Positions 51,689 to 64,000 of a stretch of 64,000 nt of DNA are shown here, piece after piece. The translations under genes and the position numbers were made by a program. Within the stretch, counting starts at the first letter, position 1. Each line of letters opens with the position of its first letter. The stretch is from Octopus vulgaris (taxonomy: Eukaryota), in assembly GCA_951406725.2 (NCBI GenBank), contig OX597815.1, positions 151,342,001 to 151,406,000 of the forward strand, read 5' to 3'. A model generated the notes under the pieces. The model was given only the letters and a program-made list of their open reading frames with translations. It did not search any database and was not told the origin of the DNA.

Positions 51689-52081
51689 ATTTGAACTCAG
51701 AATGTAAAGACCTAGAAGAATGCTGCAAAGGATTTTGTTTGATGCTTTAGTAATTCTGCCAACCTTAAATAAATCCTTATGAAAAGTATAATGGGAAAGA
51801 AAGCTTGTAAATAAATTATGTTAATGATGTCTATTTTTAGAAACTGAAAGCGACTTTTCTTTTTGTGTCGATTTTTCTCTCTCTTTATGTATATATATCG
51901 TAATACAAATGTCATGGAAACATTGCTATATATAGTGACATATAATGGGTTAAATGCTTACGCATTTAAAGTGTTTTCCTGACCATGAGTGCAACTACCA
52001 TGCACAGACTTGTTTGGGGTTTTCCGAAACTTTAATTCTATTGAATTTCAGGTGATGCAGTTTTGAAAGGAAACACCCTAA

Positions 52082-52117
<36 letters not shown>

Positions 52118-52538
52118 TGTGCTTTCTTAGGGTGTTTCCTTTCAAAACTGCGTCACCTGAAATTCAATAGAATTAAAGTTTCGGAAAACCCCAAACAAGT
52201 CTGTGCATGATAGTTGCACTCATGGTCAGGAAAACACTTTCAAGGTCTCTCATTTCTTGACTGTGTAAGCATTTAACCCATTATATGTCACTATATATAG
52301 CAATATGTTCACAGACATTTGTATTACGATATATATACGTAAAGAGAGAGAAAAATCGACACAAAAAGAAAAGTCGCTTTCAGTTTCTAAAAATAGACAT
52401 CATTAACATAATTTATTTACAAGCTTTCTTTCCCATTATACTTTCATAAGGATTTATTTAAGGTTGGCAGAATTACTAAAGCATCAAACAAAATCCTTTT
52501 CAACATTCTTCTAGGTCTTTACATTTTGAGTTCAAATC
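51689..52538. repeat. About 400-bp-arm palindrome centred on a (TG)n tract
   Basis: 51689-52081 is the reverse complement of 52127-52538. Confidence 0.92.
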
Positions 52539-52664
52539 CCACTAAGGTCAACTTAAGAAACCTCACACACTTTGGAACCCCTAACACCAAAGGCACCTCA
52601 AGTAGGCACTCCTCTCCTCCTAATTCCATCAGGCCTACTGGCACAAAGTTAGAATAATAATAGC

Positions 52665-53111
<447 letters not shown>

Positions 53112-53127
53112 TAATAATAATAATAAT

Positions 53128-53182
<55 letters not shown>

Positions 53183-53184
53183 TA

Positions 53185-53680
53185 AAGATGGGCTTCAGCA
53201 AAAAAGATGGGCTACAACAAATATTTTGCTCAATACCAGAAATTTGCTTGTCAGTTGTTTGACCTTAACCAGTTGAGCATGTCCCTTAGTGGCTGATGAT
53301 ATGTGCATCTCTGATCATGAGCAGAATTAGTGGGGGAGCATCATAGCCATGTGCTGAGAGGAATTCTTTGGGTTTGAATAATTAACCTTTGGAAACATTG
53401 TTTTGCCTTGGTATAAAACTCATGTTCAACATCCTTAAATAACCCTTATTCAGTGACCTTTTGAGTGGGATGGGCTACTCGACCTGAAGAAAATTCTAAC
53501 TGGGCCCCACCTGCAAGGTCATGCACTGTTTATCTTGATATGAGATCACCATGTCATGAACATATGGTTTTAATAAATGTGCCTGGTGTACCCTTATCAG
53601 AGGAGTAGTGATGATAGGTATATTGGGCTTTGTATATTTTACCCCATTGTCACTTTGATGGCATGCACTGCTCTCTCACT
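53185..53680 (+). mobile_element. 5'-truncated (AAT)n-targeted 560-bp retroposon
   Basis: Matches 6655-7118. Confidence 0.8.
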
Positions 53681-53914
53681 AATAATAATAATAATGATAA
53701 TAATAACAATAACAACAACAACAACAACAACAATAATAATGATTTCATTTATTTGCCACAAGGGCGAAGGATCAAGGAGACAACACAAAGACAGACATAA
53801 AGTGGGGTTACAATAATAACAGTTAGTTAAGTTGTGTTTGGGGAGAGCCATTCTCTTTTAGTGCCCTATTAATTTAACACAATCACCGGTCTGATTTCCA
53901 CTCATTTACTTACT

Positions 53915-54322
53915 CTTTTTACTCTTTTACTTGTTTCAGTCATGTGACTGTGGCCATGCTGGAGCACCGCCTTTAGTCGAGCAAATTGACCCCAGGACTT
54001 ATTCTTTGTAAGCCTAGTACTTAGTCTATTGGTCTCTTTTAGTGAAACACTAAGTTACGGGGACGTACACACAAAGGCATCGGTTGTCAACCGATGTTGG
54101 GGGGACAAACACAGACACACAAACACATACACACACATAACATATATATAGATATATACATACATACGATGGGCTTCTTTCAGTTTCCGTCTACCAAATC
54201 CACTCACAAGGCTTTGGTCAGCTCAAGGCTATAGTAGAAGACACTTGCCCAAGGTGACATGCAGTGGGACAGAACCCAGAACCATGTGGTTGGTAAGCAA
54301 GCTACTTACCACACAGCCACTC
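53915..54322 (-). mobile_element. Full-length SINE family A
   Basis: Reverse complement of 4023-4440. Confidence 0.85.
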
Positions 54323-54811
54323 CAACGACTTGCATCTATTGAAAAGATTGCAAGTCACAATGAAAATTTTAATAAAAAATAACAAGTAAATGAGTAGAAA
54401 TCAGACCAGTGAGTGTGTTAAATTAATAAGGCACTAAAAGAGAAAGTCTGTCCCCAGACAAAATAAAATATGCTTCAACACACGAATTCATATAAAGAAT
54501 CTTGCAGACCACATACAAAAACGAAATTAGTTAATCCTTACACATTTTACAAATATTTCCCTCAGAAAATTTTAAAGGCAACTCAAAACATTCACTGTAT
54601 TGATGTATTTTCTTAAAGGCAGTTAGAAAAGAAAATTATATGCGCTGAAACTACTAAGAAATATCATATTTTATCTTAAATATAGCTGTGTGGTTAAGAA
54701 GCTCCTTTTCAACCACTTGGGTTCAGCTCCACTGCCCAGGACTTTGGGTTCAGCCCCGCTACTCAGCACTTTGGACAAGTGTTATTTACTGCTTCAAGTG
54801 TTATTTACTGC

Positions 54812-54813
<2 letters not shown>

Positions 54814-54847
<34 letters not shown>

Positions 54848-56447
54848 TATACACACAAATATACTGTATTCAGAGGAACATTGCCAGATTATTTAGAATC
54901 AAGAAGTCTGAGATATTTCATGAATAACCATAAGTCAAAAACAAACAAACATATTTTGATTCACCCGAGGGCTGTTTCATATTAGAGAGAGATAGTTTCA
55001 GACAGTGTGACACACATACTGCTATAAATAGCAGCTGGATTTCCCTCAAATCCCACATCATGATCTCTAAGAAGTAAAAATAATGCAGGGAATGATGTAG
55101 TTAATTAACATAGGACTGCAATGTAATAAGATTACTCATACCCTGCCACCCAAAATGTGAATGTGGACATATCGTGGAATGCATATCATGTTTACAGCAT
55201 TGGATGAAAATAACCACCCCCATGTTATGATCTTTAAGAAGTAAAAATAACACCCTGAATGATGTAGTTAATTATCATTGGACTGCAACGTAAACAAAAT
55301 ACCCGTTGAATACTCATACCCTGCCACCCAAAATGTGAAAGTGGTCATGACGTGAAATGGATATCAGGTTTACAGCATTAGATGAAAATAACCACCCCCA
55401 TGTTATGATCTTTAAGAAATAAAAATAACACCCTGAATGATTATCATAGAACTGCAAGTAAACAAAATACCCGTTGATTACTCACACCCTGCCACCCAAA
55501 ATGTGAAAGTGGTCATGATGTGAAATGGATATCAGGTTTACAGCATTGGATGAAAATAACCACCCCCATGTTATGATCTTTAAGAAATAAAAATAACACC
55601 CTGAATGATGTAGTTAATTATCTTCGAACTGCAAGTAAACAAAATACCCATTGAATACTCATACCCTGCCACCCAAAATGTGAAAGTAGTCATGACGTGA
55701 AATGGATATCATGTTTACAGCATTGGATGAAAATAACCACCCCGTGTTATGATCTTTAAGAAATAAAAATAACACCCTGAATGATTATCATAGAACTGCA
55801 AGTAAACAAAATACCCATTGAATACTCATACCCTGCCACCCAAAATGTGAAAGTAGTCATGACGTGAAATGGATATCATGTTTACATCATTAGTTAAAAA
55901 TAAACACAAATTTTGTTCATTAAGAATGTAATTGCTCTTTATCTCTTTATTCACCAAATTATCAGATGATGATGATGATGATGAAGAATCTCTGATGCCC
56001 TTGTACATCACTGACCACAAAGTGCCTCCATTCTTTTCTCCATTGCACCCTTCTCTTCATTTTGCACCTCAGTTATTCGACTATGTTGTTTTTCGCATCT
56101 TCTTCAAGGTCTTCCTTGTGGGCTCTTCCTGTATCTTTGATACCACATGGTAACTCCATGTGGCCTTGCAACATGTTTCCTCCAATGATGCTTTCAGTAT
56201 CCTGCAATCACATTTTCACTCTACTCCGTCCTCAAATTATCTCATTTTGGATATGTGCTTGCAATGATTTTCCTAGTATGGATCTCCCCATGTCCCTTGT
56301 CTCTGTTCTTCCACCCTCATAGCTGCCCATATCTCTCTTGCACATAAGAACACAAGGAGCATGGTGTTATCGAAGAGATAGGCATGCAGGGTTTTGTGCA
56401 GCAGTGTTCATGCCTTCCAAAGAATAAGATTTATGAAAGTAAGATAT
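54814..56447 (+). repeat. Left arm of a large inverted repeat, with about 175-bp tandem subrepeats and an RTE 3' fragment
   Basis: tactcataccctgccacccaaaatgtgaa at about 55133, 55311, 55478, 55657, 55823; reverse complement of 60716-61981. Confidence 0.9.
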
Positions 56448-56704
56448 ACAATAGTTGCAGGCATGGGTTTCTGGTTAAAAACTATATTATACATGTGTGC
56501 ATGTGTGTATTTAGTGTATCTTTGAGTTTGTCTCCACTTCCATCGTTTGCCAACTGGTGCTGTTTTGTTGCCTTCCCTGTTACCTAGTGGCTTGGCAAAA
56601 GGTACTAATATATGTTTGTGTGCATCTTTGTATCTGTGTTTGGTGCCACTACTATTTGCTTTAGCTTTCAAATTATGCCACCCTATTGTCTATGTGAATG
56701 AGCC

Positions 56705-56757
<53 letters not shown>

Positions 56758-57183
56758 CATGTCTGAAGGGCACAGGGTTACATGGTTACATTATAGGGCT
56801 GTTACCTAACAGTCCATTGAACCCCCTAGCATGAAACCTATTGTATAGTGAAACTGTACACCCCTCCTGGTAAAAAGTAGTAGTAGCCAGCCATTATAAA
56901 TAGACCAGTTGCCAGTCAAACAGAAAGAAGGTCAAAAGGTCGAGAGTACATGTGGATGGTGTTGATAGTCATGTCTATACTGATATAGTAATAATACTGT
57001 GATACTGAGTGGACATTATAACAATCCAGCCTTTTGAGGTTAATAACACTGTACGACTGGGGGGTTGTACAGTGCTTGATAGAAACATTCTATTGATATC
57101 TTTGAAATATAAAAATATCTGTCAGAGAGACAACCATTGTCAAACGACAGAAACAGCAGTGGCAAAAGACTGCTTTACAACAA

Positions 57184-59868
57184 TGGCTATGAGGAAAAAC
57201 AAATTTATGCAGAGTGAAGAATAAGAAACATTCACATGGAGAGTTTAAACTAATTCACGTTGAAAATTAAATACCTCAACAAAAATTGAAGCAAAAATCT
57301 TGCTGTGTAAACTTATGAAAATTGTAAAATATAGAAGACTTGTTACTGTGATAGGTGATTTACAAAAACAGCAACAACAACTCAAGGAAATATGAGAACA
57401 ACAAGGATTGCAGCAGCAAATGTTACACCTAATGAAGTTGATAACCAAACTGGAGAATACATTTTCAACTGACTATGTAGCAAATTCCATAAGTGAATTC
57501 AAATATGACCCTGAAGAAGGAATAACTTTCAAGGCTTACTTTTGAAGATTTCAACAAATTTTTGACAAAGAATGTCAGGATTGGATGGATGAAATGAAAA
57601 CTTGTCCAGTTTTAAGAAAGCTAGTGACAGCAGGAGCATGAGATGTATAGTAACTTCATATAGTCAAAAAAAAGTGTCTGAAATAAATTTCACTGGATAC
57701 AGTTGACATTTTGTACAAAATGTTTAGTGTAAAGAGCACACTGTTTAATACTAGCTGGAAATGTTTAAACATAGAAAAGAGCAAAAATGAAAACTTCACA
57801 ACTTACACAGGCAGAGCCAACAAAGAATGTAAGAGATTTAGGGTGGATATGCTTACTCCAGCCTCTTTCAAGTGTTTGATTTTTGCACAAGGATTGACAG
57901 ATAGAAGGGATGCAGGAATCTGAATGAAAATTCTATCAAAACTGGAAATGAACCAGGATTTGACATTGCAGAAACTGTTGGAAGAGTGTAACAGGATATT
58001 AAAATTAAGGCATGACATGGAAGAAATTCAATGGAAAGAGTGTCTCCACATAAGATCAGTGCAAAAAAGTCAGAAGACAAAGTGTTACAGGAAAAACAGA
58101 AGAAATATCAGGATGTAGATCCATGTATGGCATGTGGTGGGATGCACCTGAAAAAAGAAAGTCTTTTTGCTACAGGTTTACAGAACACATAAAATCGCAC
58201 AGCAAAACTAGAATGATAGAAAAAAGGAACAAGCAAGAAAAAATAAATAGTTTGTCAGCAGGAAAAGTTGTGACTACAACAAACAGAAAATTTGTGAATG
58301 TGAGAATTGAAACCACTAGTATCAAAATGCAATTAGACATGGGAAGTAATATCACAATCATAAATGAGAAAACATGAGAATAAATCAGGAAGCTAAAATT
58401 ATGTAGTTCAAATAAAATAATGTACAGTGTTGCAGGAAGAAAATTATATTTCACAGGTGAACACTTTTGTAATATAATGTTCAAAGGTCAAACCAAAAAA
58501 AGTGAACGTTTATGTATTGAAAAAAAATACACAAATTTATTTGGTACTGAATGTATGGAAAAATTTAATTTATGGGATACACCCATAAGCGCTTTGTGCA
58601 GTAGCATAAATGGAGCAGTCAAACAATTGAACGAGGTTGATGAAATGAAACAAAAAAAAGTGATGTGGAATATTGTATGTGAACTACCAGTAACTTTGGA
58701 AGAAACAAAAAGTAATGCGCAAAATGACAAATTTATTAATGCATCTAAAAGAAAACTGTGGTCCACAAAAGGAAATAAAGAAAGGTCTCATGCTAAGAAC
58801 TGCCAAGATGTGAACATGTACTCTACATGTGGTGTACTAATGTACACTCAGAGGGTGGTCATACAATAGATATTACAGAAGAGAATGCTAAAAGAGTTCC
58901 ATGTGAGACCGAGGTATCTTTAGAATGAAAGTGCTGATTGCATACACTGGCCAAGCATGGAAAAGGAAGTTGAAAACCTGGTAAAAGGCTGCAGAGGCTG
59001 AGCACTGGCAGTGAAGCTACTTACTACAAAAGGTGAACCTTAGCTAGAAGTGAAAATACCATGGTCCTGATTGCATATAGATTTTGCAGGCCTGGTAAAT
59101 GGATATTATTACTTAATAGTAGTGGACAGCTACACAAAATGGCCTGAGGTCACAAGGTGTAAACAACCAACCTTATATACAGTAATAAACTTCTTACACG
59201 AGCTGTTTGCAAGATTTGGTGAACTGGATATAATTGTCTCTGATAATGGAACACAGTTTGTATCCTGTGAGTTTAAAAGATTCTGTGGGGTGTTTACATT
59301 AGAACATAAAACTATTGCACCATTTCACCTTAGATAGAATGAAAGGGCAGAATGGTTTGTGGCCACGTTTAAGAGAGCTTTAAATAAAGCTAACGAGGAA
59401 GCCATGGACAAGGTCGCAATCCAACAATTCTTAAGGGTATCCAGGGTAACTCTGAATGCAAATTAGAATTAATGTTTACCAGAAAGGTGAAGTCTATATT
59501 TGATAACCTGTTATTTGTGAAGAAAAGAATACATGCTAGTAAAGACATGCCAAAATTCTTTAGAATCAGTGATAAGGTATATGTAAGAATGTACAAAAAT
59601 GGCAAGCAATACTGGGAAGAAGAAATTGTAACATACATAGGAAGAATAATGTACGGTGTAAGAATCAGAAATGGAATGGAAAGGAGACATAGAAATCAGT
59701 TTAAGGAAAGTGTCATAGAAAAGGAACCAACAAAAGTAGAAATACCACTGGATTGGCTATATGACAATTTTCCGATTCCAACAGTAAAAATAAATGGTGA
59801 GGGCTGTTACGCCAAGTCAATAGAAAAATTATTATGAACGCTAGGAAGACGAGCTTATAAGAGGAGAC
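57184..59868 (+). mobile_element. Degenerate Ty3/Gypsy LTR retrotransposon internal region (gag, protease, integrase; RT and RNase H absent)
   Basis: PBS-like tggctatgagg; FKCLIFAQGL (gag); QLDMGSNITII (protease); HIDFAG...VVDSYTKWPEV...IVSDNGTQF (integrase); PPT-like taagaggaga. Confidence 0.85.
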
Positions 59869-60379
59869 ATTATAAGCACATGTTGTCTTTAGGAAGGTAA
59901 TGGGCAGAAAGATAGATTCTATTTCATCACATGTCAGCGACGAGAGTCGAGGAGGAGGAGTGAGAAAAAGGGAACGGTGAAGAGGAGAGGAGAAGAATAG
60001 GGAAGGGTGGGAGAGAAACCAGAAAAGATGAAGAACAAGAGAGGGAGAAAGATTAGGTGCAAAATATGCACCTAATTCAATAAAATTATGAAGGTTACTC
60101 TGATTACTAGGCATAAAATGCAAAATACTTTATTTTTTGTAGATTAGGTAGGCATAATTCACCTCTACTTTTCAATCTCAGTATTTAAGCTATGCATAGT
60201 ACTGCTGTAGTACAAGTGCTGCATACATTCCTACAACAACGTTTTCTTTATGTGCTCTAAAGGCAGAAGTAAATCTGCCTTCAACTTAGTCTTGAACCTG
60301 TGTTTCACTTATTCTTTTGTGAGTTTTACTACATAAACATCATCAACTGTCTACCCTGAATAATTACTCATGGAATGTG

Positions 60380-60615
60380 CCTGCTACAGACTCATATCTT
60401 CAGCTGTTGTACATTTTATTTCCATAAATCTTATTCGTTGAATGACATGCACTTTGAAATATTGTGAGAAGTAAAAGCAAGACGAAAGGTTTTTTGCTTT
60501 GATTAAAGATGTGCTCAGAACACTGCTGCACAAAACCTTGCATGCCTTTTTCTTCAATAGCACCGTGCTACTTGTGCTCTTATATGCAAGACAGATATGG
60601 TCAACTATGACGACG
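60380..60615 (+). pseudogene. RTE LINE RT C-terminal fragment
   Basis: AFFFNSTVLLVLLYARQIW resembles LFNSTVLPALLYG.E.W. Confidence 0.6.
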
Positions 60616-60715
60616 GAAGAACATTCTAGTTTTGCAATGCAATTTTTATGTCCTGTAAATCTGCAGCAAGAACACTTTGCATTTTTATCTTTTTCAGGTG
60701 CATCCCACCACATGC

Positions 60716-61930
60716 ATATATTTTATTTTCATAAATCTTATTCTTTGGCAGGCATGAACACTGCTCCTTGCGCTCTTATATGCAAGAGAGATATTGGCAG
60801 CCATGAGGATGGAAGAACAGAGACAAGGGACATGGAGAGATCCATACTAGGAAAATCATTGCAAGCGCATATCCAAAATGAGATAATTTGAGGACGGAGT
60901 GGAGTGAAAATGTGATTGTGGAATACCAAAAGCATAAGTTTCATTGGAGGAAACATGTTGCAAGGCCACATGGAGTTGTCATGTGGTATCAAAGAGACAG
61001 GAAGAGCCCACAAGGAAGACCTTGAAGAAGATGGGAAAAATAACATAGTCGAATAACTGAGGTGCAAAATGAAGAGAAGGGTGCAATGGAGGAAAGAATG
61101 GAAGCACTTTGTGGTCAGTGATGTATAAGTACATCAGAGATTCTTCATCATCATCCTCATCATCTGATAATTTGGTGAATAAAGAGATAAAGAGCAATTA
61201 CATTCTTAATGAACAAAATTTGTGTTTATTTTTAACTAATGATGTATGAGTAATCAACAGGTATTTTGTTTACATTGCAGTCCAAAGATAATTAACTACA
61301 TCATTCAGGGTGTTATTTTTACTTCTTAAAGATCATAACATGGGGGTGGTTATTTTCATCCAATGCTGTAAACCTGATATCCATTTCATGTCATGACCAC
61401 TTTCACATTTTGGGTGGCAGGGTATGAGTATTCAACGGGTATTTTGTTTACTTGCAGTTCTAAGATAATTAACTACATCATTCAGGGTGTTATTTTTATT
61501 TCTTAAAGATCATAACATGGGGGTGGTTATTTTCATCCAATGCTGTAAAAACATGATATGCATTCCACGATATGTCCATGTTCACATTTTGGGTGGCAGG
61601 GTATGAGTAATCAGTGAGCATTTTATTACATTGCAGTCCTATGTTAATTAATTACATCATTCAATGCGTTATTTTTACTTCTTAGAGATCATAATGTGGG
61701 ATTTGAGGGAAATCCAGCTGCTATTTATAACAGTTTGTGTGTCACACTGTCTGAAACTATCTCTCTCTAATATGAAACAGCCCTTGGGTGAAACAAAATA
61801 TGCTTGTTTGTTTGTTTTTTGACTTGTGGTTATTCATGAAATATCTCGATTACTCAGACTTCTTGTTTTGACTTCTTAATTCTAAATAATCTGGCAATGT
61901 TCTTCTGAATATGCTATATTAGTGTGTATA

Positions 61931-61981
<51 letters not shown>
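60716..61981 (-). repeat. Right arm of the large inverted repeat
   Basis: Reverse complement of 54814-56447 with fewer subrepeats; ORFs 60738/60979 mirror 56062/55932. Confidence 0.9.
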
Positions 61982-61983
<2 letters not shown>

Positions 61984-62159
61984 ATGTGCATAGCAGTCTG
62001 CTTCCTAGCATTTAATGACAGATGTATCTTTCACCCACTCATGAAGCTTAAAGTCAGACAAAAATAACTTCATTCATAAAAAGTGCAAACATGAAATATA
62101 TTTGTAAAAATAAATACTATTATCTCAGTGGTGTGAAACCTTTATTAAATATGTTTATA

Positions 62160-62523
62160 CGTGAAAAGCACCATTGGAGTGTGATCGTTGCCAGCGTCAC
62201 CTTACCAGCATATGTGCTGGTGGCACATGCAAAACAACATTTGAGCGTGGTCGTTGCCAGTGACGCTGGACTGGCTCCTGTGCAGGTAGCATGTAAAGAC
62301 ATCTTTGAGCATGGTTGTTGCCAGAACAGCCTGACTGGCCCTCATGCTGGTGTGACATAAAAGCATCCACTACACTCTTGGAGTGGTTGACGTTAGGGAG
62401 GGCATCCAACTGTAGAAACTTTGCTAGATCAGATTGAGCCTGGCTCACCAGGCCTCAGTCAAACCGTCCAACCTATGCCAGCATGGAAAGCGGATTTTAA
62501 ACAATGATGATGATGATGATGAT
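62160..62523 (+). mobile_element. Family B element
   Basis: Repeated modules and (GAT)n tail. Confidence 0.75.
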
Positions 62524-62551
62524 GTGTGTGTGTATCTCTCTGTGTGTACAT

Positions 62552-62588
<37 letters not shown>

Positions 62589-62609
62589 CACGTTTTTGCA
62601 AACTACTTG

Positions 62610-62910
62610 CACATGCAAGTGCTACCAGTCAAAACTCAGCATACTGGAAGCCAGCACGTGTATGGGGTCATCAGGAAAGAATGCGCACCATTTTGGGGCC
62701 TACTTCTCAACAGCATCATTGCATGTCTTCCACCCCATCTCACTGATATAAGGCACCCTTGCTAGATCAACTGATTATCAAATAAAGCCCAGTATTCTTC
62801 TAGCCATTGCTCATCGTCTCTTTTTAACCAAATCCAGTGGCTAGCCTTTTCCACTGTAGTTTGGATATTGGTCACGTCGCTATTTACTTTACGATGAGTT
62901 AAGCCTAACA
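62610..62910 (-). pseudogene. Hero/NeSL-like RLE LINE extreme 3' end
   Basis: VEKASHWIWLKRDDEQW resembles the AE.AS.WLW.KR terminus of RLE LINEs. Confidence 0.55.
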
Positions 62911-63721
62911 ATAGATATATTTGATAGTTAGATAGATAGACAGATAATACATGCATACATACATGCATTTATTATATATGTGCATGTGTGTGTTTTTAAG
63001 CAGTAGAGACATGGTGTCATTGATTGGGTCTGGACTAAACAAATGTTGACATGAATAAGTGACCCTAAACTTGTGAAAAATCTGTTTTAAAAAATCCCTC
63101 CTATGACACCATGAAATGGTAGTTTTGACATGTAAGGTTAGCTGAGAAAATAATATTTGTTATCACAATTATACTCCATGTGTGCAATTTTTTTATGAGA
63201 CAAGTTATTTTTGTTTTGTTTTAATTTTCTGTTAACGGATAATTAAACTGATTAGCTTCAGGAATGTTGTAAATGACTTGTAATTCACAAGAAATTTAAG
63301 TTAATGTGGGTTATTATGACAAAGGATATTTTAGGATGGAATTACTAAAAAAAAAAAAAAGACATTTGGGATTGAAGAAGATTTGCTGTTGAAAGGAGAC
63401 ATAAAATCAGATAATTGTAGTAGTAGTAGTAGCAGCAGCAGCAGCAGCAGCAGCAGCATCAGTGGTATTAGAAATAGTAGTAGCAGCTGCTAGTACTAAT
63501 TTTTGACTGATCTAAATAGAAAAAACAGAAACGATGAAGGGCCCCTGTTCTCTGTAGAATGGCCAACCATCCATGAAACATGTCAGGTCAAAGCAATTTC
63601 CTTATGTTTCTTTGTGTGAAGAGAATATGTAAAGATATTCATATTGTTAAATAAAACATTTAACTTAAATTTTTTGATGTATGTTGTTTGTGCATACAAA
63701 TAATTATTGAATATTTAGTCA

Positions 63722-63885
63722 AGCACAGACATGGCTGTGTGGTAAGAAGCTTGCTTCCCAACCACATGGTTCTGGGTTCAATCCCACTGCATGGCATTTT
63801 AGGCAAGTGTCTTCTACTCTAGCCTCAAGCTGACCAAAGCCTTGTAAGTGGATTTGGTAGAAGAAAACTGAAAGAAGCTCGTCGT
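63722..63885 (+). mobile_element. SINE family A head
   Basis: Matches 4023-4183. Confidence 0.8.
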
Positions 63886-64000
63886 ATATGTATCCTCCTC
63901 CTCCTCCTCATCATCATCGTTTAATGTCCACTTTCCGTGCTAGCATGGATTGGATGATTTGACTGAGGACTGGTGAACCAGATGGCTGAAATATCATATC

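Noticed and set aside
51975-52035. CTGACCA...GAAACTTT inside the large palindrome as a hammerhead
   Set aside because: Core lacks G8 with no compensating change at position 3; no palindromic stem III or stem I.
55133-55890. Regularly spaced repeats resembling a CRISPR array
   Set aside because: The whole 175-bp unit repeats, with no unique spacers and no cas genes; eukaryotic context.

Overview
AT-rich, repeat-saturated eukaryotic DNA with no recognisable intact host gene. The SINE families and microsatellite style look like an octopus (coleoid cephalopod) genome; this is inference from pattern recognition, not a database search. Most ORF-track entries are microsatellite or SINE read-through. 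Recognisable protein relics are all transposon-derived: a Tx1/L1-type ORF1, several R4/Dong-type RLE LINE pieces, RTE 3' ends, an internally deleted Tc1 transposase, a hAT C-terminus, a Helitron PIF1 fragment and a Gypsy element lacking RT/RNase H. The main unannotated signal is a set of at least 8 sequence-distinct non-coding elements carrying minimal type I hammerhead ribozyme (HHR) motifs. Each has a palindromic or near-palindromic stem III (dimer-type), and most sit in hairpin, tail-to-tail or tandem structures typical of Penelope-like elements (PLEs) and non-LTR retrozymes. They include a 562-nt tandem with two HHRs, a 355-nt permuted repeat with a canonical HHR, and a family with a swapped G3-C8 catalytic core. 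There is also a 7.2-kb foldback structure enclosing the Gypsy relic. Coordinates were read by eye and may be off by a few bases.
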